Virus record (IMG/VR): IMGVR_UViG_3300020399_000008
Coordinates: 1-24,582 of that record
Origin: a virus
Taxonomy: Duplodnaviria > Caudoviricetes
Reading direction: 5' to 3' (one strand)
Length of the DNA stretch: 24,582 nt
In this document: one piece after another, positions 1 to 8,497 of the stretch
How the letters are laid out: every line of letters begins with the position of its first letter
How positions within the stretch are numbered: position 1 is the stretch's first letter
Translations under genes and position numbers: made by a program
Notes under the pieces: generated by a model
What the model was told of the DNA's origin: nothing
Database searches by the model: none
The model's input: only the letters and a program-made list of their open reading frames with translations

Positions 1-2
1 AC

Positions 3-779
3 GAAACCGTCTTAGCTGAACGCTCGTTTTCAAATGGAGACTCAGGTGTATACCTTGCTCCACTAGATACCCCTTCTTACTTTGACGATAAAGACAATAC
101 GTTAAGGATTAACTTAGGTGCTGTACCAGTAAGAGAGATTACTATTGAGAACGTATCAGCAGGAACAGTTTACTCAGGAGATGCTGCAGGAGCAAAGGTT
201 TCTGCGTTACCTGCAACCTGTGGATCAAATGGAAGTACGGCTTGTACAGAAGCAGTTTTAATTTCTGGTAATCCTACCGTAGTTGATCCCGCGTTTACTG
301 GAACAAGACTACAGGTAGGTACATTTATAATTGAGAAGTCTAGATGTAAGAGTATGGACTTCAGCGATATAGACGCTCATACAATAGTTATAGAGCATAA
401 CGCCAGTGATGGGCAAAGTATTACCCAAACATCTGGTAACGCTAGAAATAGGGCTATAGGAGGGGGACATCATCAAGCAGAAGCTATGGTAACTAGTGGA
501 GGTACATATGACCGCATATGGATTGACGCTCCTAACTCTGGGGTTAATGGAAAGATAGGTACATTAACTCTAAGCAATTTATGGACGAAGGGTGGAAGTT
601 GTACGTTTAAGAATATGGACATCGGAGTTCTGAAGATTTTACAGAATGAGGTCGGGAATGACGGCAACTTGGTTACAAAGGAGTTTCAAGTATCTGGAGT
701 TACAGGTGCTAACTGGACTGTCACGGACAACGTGGAATTAATTTTCTCTGAACCTGCACTTGATAAGGGTAACGAGTAA
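3..779 (+). CDS. 5'-partial hypothetical beta-strand-rich protein
   Basis: The frame of ORF 354..779 is open back to the window edge (ETVLAERSFSNGDSGVYLAP...EKSRCKSMDFS). Rich in G/S/T/N with alternating hydrophobic residues. Confidence 0.8.
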   Translation, partial: ETVLAERSFSNGDSGVYLAPLDTPSYFDDKDNTLRINLGAVPVREITIENVSAGTVYSGDAAGAKVSALPATCGSNGSTACTEAVLISGNPTVVDPAFTGTRLQVGTFIIEKSRCKSMDFSDIDAHTIVIEHNASDGQSITQTSGNARNRAIGGGHHQAEAMVTSGGTYDRIWIDAPNSGVNGKIGTLTLSNLWTKGGSCTFKNMDIGVLKILQNEVGNDGNLVTKEFQVSGVTGANWTVTDNVELIFSEPALDKGNE

Positions 780-788
780 TAATATAAA
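760..788 (+). promoter_or_regulatory. Candidate sigma70-type promoter for the packaging genes
   Basis: TTGATA (760-765), 17 nt spacer, TATAAA (783-788), followed by AGAGGA and ATG 804. Confidence 0.4.
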
Positions 789-803
789 GATATAAGAGGA
801 TAT

Positions 804-1466
804 ATGATCGAACAAAAAGACTTAGCTTCCCTAGAAGAACATTATGGCAAACCAATCCTTTCGGATGAGGGTGACCCTATATGTGGCAGAGGGAAAAAAG
901 GTGGAGGGGTTTGTAGGTTTGAGGCAGGTTGGGGAACAGATCACTTAGGATATGGAGCATGTAAACATCACGATAGTGAAGAGAGAATGGATGTTGCTTT
1001 AGGTGACGAATATAAAGGAAGAGTTATATATAGCAATATAGCTCAAAACCTTAGACTGAGAGAACACTTACAATCAGAAGAGAAACGTACAGAGCTAGAT
1101 AACCTCGATGGTGAAATAGTTCTTCTCAGAGCAATGCTTAAAATACTTGTAGAAAAGTACGGTGAGAAAGTTATTGATGACGAACTCTTTGACATACTGG
1201 AGGTTGGAACTGATTTCGATACGGTAGACCAACAGACCCGAAGCCTCGTTAACTTAGTAGATAAGATTAGCTCTAGCATTAAGCGTAAGTACGAAGTCTT
1301 ACAAATAGCAGGAAGCACCATCACTAGAGGAAGAGTACGAGAATACGTTGGTAATATACAACTTGCTCTTGGTCAAGTCTTACGTAACGAATGCCCTCAT
1401 TGCCACAAGAAACATAATCAGCGAGATCAAGCTATAGAAGCTATAAAGAGAGTTGGTGATCTTTAA
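804..1466 (+). CDS. terS: Probable terminase small subunit
   Basis: N-terminal CGxxxxxGxxCxxxAGWGTDHxGxGxCKxH motif (HGGxSTG-like zinc-binding domain seen in TerS proteins), helical core (LDGEIVLLRAML), C-terminal CPHC, position upstream of TerL. Confidence 0.75.
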   Translation: MIEQKDLASLEEHYGKPILSDEGDPICGRGKKGGGVCRFEAGWGTDHLGYGACKHHDSEERMDVALGDEYKGRVIYSNIAQNLRLREHLQSEEKRTELDNLDGEIVLLRAMLKILVEKYGEKVIDDELFDILEVGTDFDTVDQQTRSLVNLVDKISSSIKRKYEVLQIAGSTITRGRVREYVGNIQLALGQVLRNECPHCHKKHNQRDQAIEAIKRVGDL

Positions 1467-1945
1467 TGTACGAATATAAAGTTAAAATTACACGAGTGGT
1501 TGATGGGGATACAGTTGATGCAGAATTGGATTTGGGGTTTGATATTATCTATCGAGATAGAATCAGGCTTATGGGGATTGATACACCTGAGTCAAGAACG
1601 CGAAACAAGAGAGAGAAAAGTTTGGGACTTGAATCTAAAGCTAGACTTAAAGAACTCTGTTCTGTTCATAAAGGAAATATTTTACTCAAGACTGCTAAAG
1701 AGGGTAAGGGTAAGTTCGGAAGGATATTAGGAGATTTATATCCTATAGATTCTAAAATATCTTTAAATACAATGTTAGTAACTGAAGGACACGCTAGACC
1801 TTATTTTGGTGGAAGTAAAAATGAAACTGGAGATTGGACTAAAGAAGAAGGTGATTGTAACTGTGGAGGAAAGAAAGCATTTAGTCGATGTACTGGAACA
1901 TGGCTTCGTTGGACTCCAAATGGTTACATAGGATTTGAAGATTAA
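1466..1945 (+). CDS. Thermonuclease (staphylococcal nuclease/SNase family)
   Basis: RVVDGDT, RIRLMGIDTPE and GKFGRILG motifs. Confidence 0.93.
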   Translation: MYEYKVKITRVVDGDTVDAELDLGFDIIYRDRIRLMGIDTPESRTRNKREKSLGLESKARLKELCSVHKGNILLKTAKEGKGKFGRILGDLYPIDSKISLNTMLVTEGHARPYFGGSKNETGDWTKEEGDCNCGGKKAFSRCTGTWLRWTPNGYIGFED

Positions 1946-2733
1946 TGCCAAGGTATGTAGCTGATACAGCAAGTATCTCCATACTGTCAGGCATGAAAGA
2001 AAGATCAATAGCAGAAGAACGAGCATACGATCATCCTGCCTACTTTCATGAATATGTCTTTAATCAAACACTTGCTCCGTTCCAGTGGGAGATTATGGAA
2101 ACGCTATTGGAAGCTCACAATAATCCGAATAATAGTTCTGTTAATCCCCTTCTTATCCTTGCTCCACGCAATCATGGCAAGACATCAATAGCAGCAGAAA
2201 GTTTTCCTTTATGGAAAGTAGGAAGAAATAGATTTGAGTTAGTTCAAATTATATCTAGTGTTATCTCCCTTGGAATAGAGCGCATGGGAAAAATAGAATC
2301 CTGTATTCGCTTTAATGAAAGATATAAGCAAATGTTTGGAAACTTATATCCTGAAGATCAAAAAGATTACACATGGAAAGTTGATAGGATGGAAGTAGCT
2401 AGAGATCAGGCTCAAGCGTGGGAAAGTGGAGATATACAACGTGATGCTACATTTGCTTGTTTTGGTATAGGAACAAGCGTGGAAGGTGGACGATCAACTC
2501 TTCAGATATTTGATGATGTTGTGAGTATGGAGAATACTCAAAGTGAGACTGCTAGAAGAAATGTTTCTACAAAGTTTTGGATGTCGTTTGACCCAATGCT
2601 CATGCCCAAAGGACAACAGATATTTCTTGGTACGAGATTTCATTATGATGATCTCTATGCAGAACTTATACCTATATTAGATACAGATAGATTGTATACA
2701 GACCTTTACCCAAATATCTTGGAGGAAAGCTAA
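1945..2733 (+). CDS. terL: Terminase large subunit, N-terminal ATPase part (split gene)
   Basis: Adenine-binding LAPFQ, Walker A APRNHGKT (2161-2184), Walker B LQIFDD (2500-2517), coupling motif GTR (2629-2637). Stops about 30 aa later. Confidence 0.92.
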   Translation: MPRYVADTASISILSGMKERSIAEERAYDHPAYFHEYVFNQTLAPFQWEIMETLLEAHNNPNNSSVNPLLILAPRNHGKTSIAAESFPLWKVGRNRFELVQIISSVISLGIERMGKIESCIRFNERYKQMFGNLYPEDQKDYTWKVDRMEVARDQAQAWESGDIQRDATFACFGIGTSVEGGRSTLQIFDDVVSMENTQSETARRNVSTKFWMSFDPMLMPKGQQIFLGTRFHYDDLYAELIPILDTDRLYTDLYPNILEES

Positions 2734-2882
2734 TGAAGAAAAAGATAGCAATAGGTTCTGTATTAGGACTCACGACTTTAGCTATCGGTGGATTAATTTG
2801 GAAAATCAAGAATGTTCGTATGTGGCGAGAGATAGATGGAAGTTTACCTTTTCCTAGAGCAAAGAAACTTGGAGACAAGTAA
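2733..2882 (+). CDS. Small single-pass membrane protein, 49 aa (not in the ORF track)
   Basis: MKKKIAIGSVLGLTTLAIGGLIWKIKNVRMWREIDGSLPFPRAKKLGDK. GGAGG RBS upstream and TAATG overlaps at both ends. Confidence 0.75.
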   Translation: MKKKIAIGSVLGLTTLAIGGLIWKIKNVRMWREIDGSLPFPRAKKLGDK

Positions 2883-3214
2883 TGGACATTAAGAATATGA
2901 AAGTAATGATTGGAATCATTGTTGCAATCGTTGCTCAAGCCTTTGGAATGATTTGGTATATAGCCCAACTTGATTCCACAGTAACCAATAATACTCTTGC
3001 TATAGAAAGTCTAGAAGTATTTGATGACACTGATCTCTTGGAAATAATGGAAGACTTTGATAACCGCCTAGATGATATCGAGAAGAAGCAAGCAATTATA
3101 GAAAATGAAATGAGGTCTATCATGTCAGACCATTCCAGTTTTAATAACATCCTAAAAGACATGGGTCAAAGTGGATATGGAGATACTAGACAGTATGGTA
3201 ATTATGGTAACTGA
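2882..3214 (+). CDS. Membrane-anchored coiled-coil protein
   Basis: N-terminal hydrophobic helix (VMIGIIVAIVAQAFGMIWYIA) followed by an acidic heptad-like region. GGAG RBS and TAATG coupling. Confidence 0.8.
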   Translation: MDIKNMKVMIGIIVAIVAQAFGMIWYIAQLDSTVTNNTLAIESLEVFDDTDLLEIMEDFDNRLDDIEKKQAIIENEMRSIMSDHSSFNNILKDMGQSGYGDTRQYGNYGN

Positions 3215-3216
3215 TA

Positions 3217-4089
3217 ATGGGAGTTAGAATATATCAGGCAATTAATCCTGATGGTTCAGTTCTATGGGAAGAGGAACGCCCTAGAGAATGGCTTGAGAAG
3301 AAAAAGCGTTCTATGCCACCCTCATTATTTAATGCTCAATATCAAAATGATCCTTCGGGAATGAAGGGGGTTAAATTTGAAATTGATTGGCTTCACTTTT
3401 ATGATGATGTGTCTATACCTCCTATACATAGATTAGTAGGAGTTCAAGGTGGTGATCCTGCTACGAGTGAAAGTGAAAGTGCTAATTACTTTGGACATTG
3501 CACAGCAGGTAAAGACCCCGATACAGGAATAGTCTATGTGCTAGATTTTGCATATGGAAAGATAACTGCGCCCAAACATCTTGAGTTTCTTCATGCTCAA
3601 TATGAAACGTGGAGAAAAAGGGGTTTAACAATTAATAAAGTTATTCTTGAAACAAATGGGCCTCAACAGGCAACTACTCAACATCTTATTAATCAAACAC
3701 GAAATGATCCTAGAGGTGCTATGCCTATAGATACTGTTTATCCTAAGGGTTCTAAGGAACAGAGATATGATGCCATTATTCCTTTTATAGCTAATGGTAG
3801 TATTAAGTTCAAAGGGGAAAGGCGTGGAGATGAGATGTTTATGAGTTCGGATAATGGATTTAAGGAATTCCTTCATGAGTACAGCTCTTTTCCTAGAGGG
3901 GGAAGAGATGATATTCTTGACGCACTATGGATTGCAGTTCATCAATTAACTTCAACAGTTGATGCAGTTGCAATAAGCGATGTCGAAATTATGAGAGAGG
4001 ATGAGTACGTAGAACCAATGGATACTCCAAGAGAAAGGGTTTTAAGTGCTTCTGCCCGACCTAGTTTGTTTCATAAAGGATTAAGGTAA
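3217..4089 (+). CDS. terL: Terminase large subunit, C-terminal lid/linker plus RNase H-like nuclease part (split gene)
   Basis: YQAIxxDGxxLWEE...FNAQYQNDP linker, then GGDPA, ILETNGPQ, SKEQR and FPRGGRDDILDALW nuclease motifs. Confidence 0.92.
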   Translation: MGVRIYQAINPDGSVLWEEERPREWLEKKKRSMPPSLFNAQYQNDPSGMKGVKFEIDWLHFYDDVSIPPIHRLVGVQGGDPATSESESANYFGHCTAGKDPDTGIVYVLDFAYGKITAPKHLEFLHAQYETWRKRGLTINKVILETNGPQQATTQHLINQTRNDPRGAMPIDTVYPKGSKEQRYDAIIPFIANGSIKFKGERRGDEMFMSSDNGFKEFLHEYSSFPRGGRDDILDALWIAVHQLTSTVDAVAISDVEIMREDEYVEPMDTPRERVLSASARPSLFHKGLR

Positions 4090-4093
4090 TCGT

Positions 4094-5638
4094 ATGGGTA
4101 AATTACAAAATGCTTGGAATGCTTTAACCAAAACAGAAGAAGAAGCTGTTAGCTTTTCAGGAAGTACCGAACCTGATGAATATCTGTGGAAAAAAATGGG
4201 AACAGGGAATAAGACCAATAACCTTCCCCCATTAACTCAAGAACAAACATTAGAGTATGCTCAATACTTTTATAAAAGTAATCCTATAGCAAAAAGAATT
4301 ATTGATCTTACTGCTGAATATGTTATTGGTGATGGGATTAAATATGTAGCAGAAGATTCTGCTGTTCAAGAAATATTAGATGCTCACTGGACTGACCCTA
4401 CAAATAATTGGACTATTAATCAATTCTCAAGAGTAAGGGATTTAGGTTTAACAGGAGAACTCTGTATACCTGTATTTATTAATGAAAGTAATGGACACGT
4501 TACTCTTGGAAATATAGATACCGGAATGATTGATGTTGTTATTGAAAATCCTCATAACAATATGAAACAGCAGATGATCATATTAAAGAAAATTTCAGGA
4601 GAACCTTATCGCAGGGCTTATAAGATTATAGATATATCTAATGCTCCTATAGGAACAAAAGAGTTTGGAAGATTAGTGGGATTGAATTGTGGAGAGATAA
4701 AGGGTGGAGATTTTGAACTTGGAGATATCATTGAACCTAAACGTGGACGTAAAAAATATAAATGTAAAATAGCAGGTGCTTGCTTTTTCTTTACAATTAA
4801 TAACCCAATGACTGCAGATAGGGGATGGAGTGATCTTCTTCCAGATATGGATTGGATAGATGCTCATGATCAATTTTTATTCTCTTCTGTAGAGAAAGCA
4901 ATAGAATCTTCTAAGTATGTGCTTGATGTGACTTTAACTGGTAAAAATGAACAACAGATTCGAGAGTGGTTAAGAAATCAATCGGCTCTAAAACCCGGTC
5001 AAAGATTTGCTCATAATGAAAACGTCACACAGGAATTTAAGACTCCTGATCTGCGTTTAGAAGATAGTGCTAGTTTAGCCTCAGTCTTAAAGAACCATGT
5101 TCTGGCAGGGGCAGGTTTACCACCTATATGGTTTTCTGAGTCTTTAACTTCTCGTGCATCTGCACCTGAAATGACTGAACCTGCTTATCGTCATTTGAAG
5201 ATGAGACAAAAGTATATGTCTTACATAATGAGTAGGATATTTAGGTTTGTCCTAGATACAGCGATAGTCTATGGTAGATTAAGACAAGATGGTCGTTATA
5301 ATGACAGGAGTCTTGCCAGTATTGAATCTGCAAGTTTTTATCTGAGGATGCCTGAAGTTTCCTTTAAAGACCAAAGAGCTAATGCAATTACTTTAAGATC
5401 AGTATCCACTGCACTTAAAGATGCAACATCTAATGGCTTTATAGAAATTGATGAAGCGAATAGAATTTTCAAAAGATACTTAGGACTTACTGGAATTGAT
5501 ACAGGAAGAGATGAACCTGCACAAAAACGTGGGGTTTATGATGTAGACTTAACATTAAAGGAATTGTTTCAGATAACTACTGAATCAACTGATATTAATG
5601 GATATACTTATTATGCTTTCCTTGATAGAACCAAATAA
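4094..5638 (+). CDS. Portal protein
   Basis: 514 aa directly after TerL. YKSNPIAKRIID...GDG, GELCI, RGWSDL and LAGAGLPPIWF motifs are typical of portals. Confidence 0.9.
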   Translation: MGKLQNAWNALTKTEEEAVSFSGSTEPDEYLWKKMGTGNKTNNLPPLTQEQTLEYAQYFYKSNPIAKRIIDLTAEYVIGDGIKYVAEDSAVQEILDAHWTDPTNNWTINQFSRVRDLGLTGELCIPVFINESNGHVTLGNIDTGMIDVVIENPHNNMKQQMIILKKISGEPYRRAYKIIDISNAPIGTKEFGRLVGLNCGEIKGGDFELGDIIEPKRGRKKYKCKIAGACFFFTINNPMTADRGWSDLLPDMDWIDAHDQFLFSSVEKAIESSKYVLDVTLTGKNEQQIREWLRNQSALKPGQRFAHNENVTQEFKTPDLRLEDSASLASVLKNHVLAGAGLPPIWFSESLTSRASAPEMTEPAYRHLKMRQKYMSYIMSRIFRFVLDTAIVYGRLRQDGRYNDRSLASIESASFYLRMPEVSFKDQRANAITLRSVSTALKDATSNGFIEIDEANRIFKRYLGLTGIDTGRDEPAQKRGVYDVDLTLKELFQITTESTDINGYTYYAFLDRTK

Positions 5639-5658
5639 AAGTTTTATTATATAGTTTA

Positions 5659-5688
5659 TTGACAAAACTCTAATTTAAGAAATAAAAT
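5659..5688 (+). promoter_or_regulatory. Sigma70-type promoter upstream of the capsid gene
   Basis: Perfect TTGACA (5659-5664), 18 nt spacer, TAAAAT (5683-5688) in an AT-rich intergenic gap. AGGGG RBS before ATG 5713. Confidence 0.65.
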
Positions 5689-5712
5689 CGCTATAGTGCT
5701 TTAGGGGTTAAT

Positions 5713-7944
5713 ATGCCAGAAAAACTAGAAGATTGCGTTAAAGAGATTTTAGCTGATCCTGACTTTGTACCCGAAGAGGGACATGATCGAGAGGATGCAG
5801 CTTATGCTATCTGTACTGCAAGAATGAAATTAGATCAAGTGGAACAAGAGGGAATGCCTCATTCCGATTATGTTGAAAGCACACAGACCATTAAACGTGT
5901 TCTTCAATTTGAAGCCAAAGCACTAGATGATACAGGAAGCGATTGGCGTATTCGTATTATCAATGCAGGAACTTCAAGAAATAATAGAGAGTATCCCCTA
6001 GATGTGCTTCATAGAGATGCGTTAATTTTTGAAGGAGTTCCAGTTCATGCAGGAAATGGTAGAGATCATTCTCCCGAAGAACGTGGCGTTAAAAGTATTG
6101 TTGGGTTTATTAAAAATGTAGATCGAGTTCCCGAAGGACTTGATGGTACATTTCATGTTTCAGACCCAACTCTAAGAGATACTCTTCTTGACTTACATAA
6201 AGAAGGAGTATTGAGTTCTGTTGTTGGATTTAGCATTGTTGCTGAAGGACGATGGCAAAGTGATCAGGTAATGAGATCAGAGCGAGCGATACAGCTAGTA
6301 CGAGCCGACTCTGTAGATTTGGTTAGAGAACCTGCCGCAGGGGGTAAATTCCTTGCAGTTGCAGAGTCAGAAGAAGTTATCCATAAAGAAAAAGTTATTA
6401 ATACAGTTCCTTTTAAGGAGGGAAAAACAATGGAAATAACTGAGGAAAAGTTAAAAGAACTTCTTGCGGAAGCCTCCGAAAAAGGTGTAGAAACCTACAA
6501 AGAGAGTACCGATGAGGGGGAAGTAGTGGAAGAAAAAGGAGAAGACATTAGTAAGGTCGAAGAAGCTCTTACTCAATTAAATTCCACTCTTCTGAATACA
6601 GCAATTTCAGGAGCAGGATTACCTGACATTGCAGAGAAAAGAATTCGGGTTCAATTTGAAGGTGGTGCATTTGACGCATCTGCTGTTCAAAAAGCAATCG
6701 CAGAGGAGAAAGATTATCTCGCTACTCTGACTAAGGTTGCTGTAGAAAATGTTACTACTAGCAAGACTGAAATCATTGCTGATGAAGGTGATAAGAAACT
6801 TGCTCGACTGGATGCCTCTTTCACACCATCTAGAGTTATAGTGACTAAAGATGGAGAGAGGGTTAAAGGATATAGAACCTTTACAGAAGCATATTGCGAC
6901 TGGACAGGAAAGAATCCTTTTGAAGTTGGACGAGATGAGGTTTGGGAAGCATGGATGAATGGCTCAAGAGGTTATGCGTCTTGGCGTGAAGAAGCTGTTA
7001 ATAGGCTTTACACAGAAGCAATAGGTACATCTGAATGGGCAGAAGTTGCCGCAGACAGAATGCACAAAGCTCTGTTACAGAACTATGTTGATCTACCTCA
7101 GTATCAAGATTGGAGAAAAGTAGCAAAGGTTATCAGCGTTAATGATTACCAAGCATACAGAGACATCAAAATTGGTGGCTTTGCAGATTTGGCAGTTGTT
7201 GCAGAAGCAGGTACATATGCTAACCTAACCAATCCTACAGATGAGGAAACTTCAGTCACCATGCAGAAGCGTGGTGGTATCGCTTATCAGATAACACGCG
7301 AATTGGTGTTGAATGATAATATCGGTGCTGTAGCTGAGATACCTCGTGAACTGGCTCGATCTGCTGCTAGAACTCTTTATAAGCAGGTCTTTAATATAAT
7401 GGGTGACAATGATCACACTTATCAGCCTGACTCTGTAGCTACGTTCAATGCTGCTCATAATAATATTGGCACTACTGCTCTTTCTATTGCAGGTCTGAAT
7501 GAGACATCAATAGGCATGAGAAGTCAGACTAGATATGGTGCTACCGCTGATGTGCTTGGAGCTGCAAATGCGCCTAGAACATTGGTTGTGCCTAATGAGT
7601 TGACTAGCTTGGCAATGAGGATTTCAAATCCATCTGCTCACGTTCAGGTCGAGTTAACTGCTGATGCTGATACAGATATAGATGCTGCACGATTCGCAGG
7701 ATTAGATGTCATAACAGTTGACTACTTTACTAATGCTACTCAGTATTTCACCGTTGCTGATCCTGATGAAGCTGCAGGAATTGTGGTTGCATTCTTGAAT
7801 GGTAATGAAGAGCCTGATCTGTTTATACAGAATGACGAGACTCAAGGTGATACATTCACCAATGATGTACAAAGCATTAAAGTAAGGCACGAGTTCAACA
7901 CAACTGTTGCTGACTTCCGACCGCTTTACAGGCAAATTGGGTAA
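5713..7944 (+). CDS. Fused prohead protease-scaffold-major capsid protein (Mu gpT-like HK97-fold capsid domain)
   Basis: Protease motifs GTSRNNREY, DH, GFSI and SVDLVREPAAGGKF; E/K-rich scaffold; capsid motif ITRELVLNDNIGAVAEIPRELARSAART...LVVP...AFLNGNEEP...KVRHEF. Confidence 0.9.
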   Translation: MPEKLEDCVKEILADPDFVPEEGHDREDAAYAICTARMKLDQVEQEGMPHSDYVESTQTIKRVLQFEAKALDDTGSDWRIRIINAGTSRNNREYPLDVLHRDALIFEGVPVHAGNGRDHSPEERGVKSIVGFIKNVDRVPEGLDGTFHVSDPTLRDTLLDLHKEGVLSSVVGFSIVAEGRWQSDQVMRSERAIQLVRADSVDLVREPAAGGKFLAVAESEEVIHKEKVINTVPFKEGKTMEITEEKLKELLAEASEKGVETYKESTDEGEVVEEKGEDISKVEEALTQLNSTLLNTAISGAGLPDIAEKRIRVQFEGGAFDASAVQKAIAEEKDYLATLTKVAVENVTTSKTEIIADEGDKKLARLDASFTPSRVIVTKDGERVKGYRTFTEAYCDWTGKNPFEVGRDEVWEAWMNGSRGYASWREEAVNRLYTEAIGTSEWAEVAADRMHKALLQNYVDLPQYQDWRKVAKVISVNDYQAYRDIKIGGFADLAVVAEAGTYANLTNPTDEETSVTMQKRGGIAYQITRELVLNDNIGAVAEIPRELARSAARTLYKQVFNIMGDNDHTYQPDSVATFNAAHNNIGTTALSIAGLNETSIGMRSQTRYGATADVLGAANAPRTLVVPNELTSLAMRISNPSAHVQVELTADADTDIDAARFAGLDVITVDYFTNATQYFTVADPDEAAGIVVAFLNGNEEPDLFIQNDETQGDTFTNDVQSIKVRHEFNTTVADFRPLYRQIG
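6415..6432 (+). promoter_or_regulatory. Internal RBS and in-frame ATG for a protease-less scaffold-capsid isoform
   Basis: AAGGAGG (6415-6421), 8 nt spacer, ATG 6430, in frame with 5713 (offset 717 nt), right after the protease domain. Confidence 0.7.
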
Positions 7945-7971
7945 ACCCTTAACGGTTAACTCCCATAGTTA

Positions 7972-8018
7972 AAAGGGGAGAGGGAGGTAAAATCTCTCCC
8001 TCTTCCCTTTATTTTTTT
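7972..8018 (+). terminator. Rho-independent terminator after the capsid gene
   Basis: AAAGGGGAGAGGGAG...CTCCCTCTTCCCTTT stem (15 bp with one G-U pair) followed by ATTTTTTT. Confidence 0.85.
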
Positions 8019-8029
8019 AGGAGATTTTT

Positions 8030-8173
8030 ATGGCTACAGAGAAGACTAAGACAAAAGCAAAAAAGACTACACCAAAGTCTAAGGCTTGTACTTGTTCGGT
8101 TTGTGTGAAAGCATCAACATCGACTAAAGAGTCTTATATAGCGAAACGAAAAGCTAAGTGCTTAAATAGATAG
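8030..8173 (+). CDS. Small Lys-rich CxCxxC protein, 47 aa (not in the ORF track)
   Basis: MATEKTKTKAKKTTPKSKACTCSVCVKASTSTKESYIAKRKAKCLNR. AGGAGA RBS; fills the gap between the terminator and 8186. Confidence 0.7.
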   Translation: MATEKTKTKAKKTTPKSKACTCSVCVKASTSTKESYIAKRKAKCLNR

Positions 8174-8185
8174 GGGAGAAAAGTA

Positions 8186-8482
8186 ATGCCAATTAACTCA
8201 TTAGTTAAAACTGTATCAACAGCAGGTACAGCGGAGAGAATTTCGGCTACTCCAATATTTGTCACTACGGTTACATTTAGGGCAAGTAAAGGTAATACGA
8301 ATGATGTTTATATTGGGGATAGTGATGTTGGAAATTCTTATCCTGACTTAGACGCAAATCAAACAGTAACTTTTGTAGCACCAACAATTGCAGGGAACGT
8401 GGAAGGTATAGACCTAAGAAGTATTTGGGTAGATGCTGACACAAATGGTGAGGGAGTTGATGTTTGGTACAACAGTTTATAG
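8186..8482 (+). CDS. Small beta-sandwich virion protein (possible head decoration)
   Basis: GGGGAG RBS; beta-rich pattern (NTNDVYIGDS...IWVDADTNGEGV); located after the capsid gene. Confidence 0.6.
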   Translation: MPINSLVKTVSTAGTAERISATPIFVTTVTFRASKGNTNDVYIGDSDVGNSYPDLDANQTVTFVAPTIAGNVEGIDLRSIWVDADTNGEGVDVWYNSL

Positions 8483-8497
8483 GATAAAGGAATAGAT

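Noticed and set aside
2734-3216. Self-splicing intron or split intein within terL
   Set aside because: No recognisable group I/II core, homing endonuclease or intein terminal residues, and the interval is fully occupied by coupled ORFs. A covariance-model search would be needed to exclude it fully.
1945-4089. terL pseudogene
   Set aside because: Catalytic motifs are intact in both halves and each has a coupled start.
7930-7975. Frameshift extension of the capsid protein at GGGTAAACCC
   Set aside because: Both alternative frames hit stops within about 10 codons.
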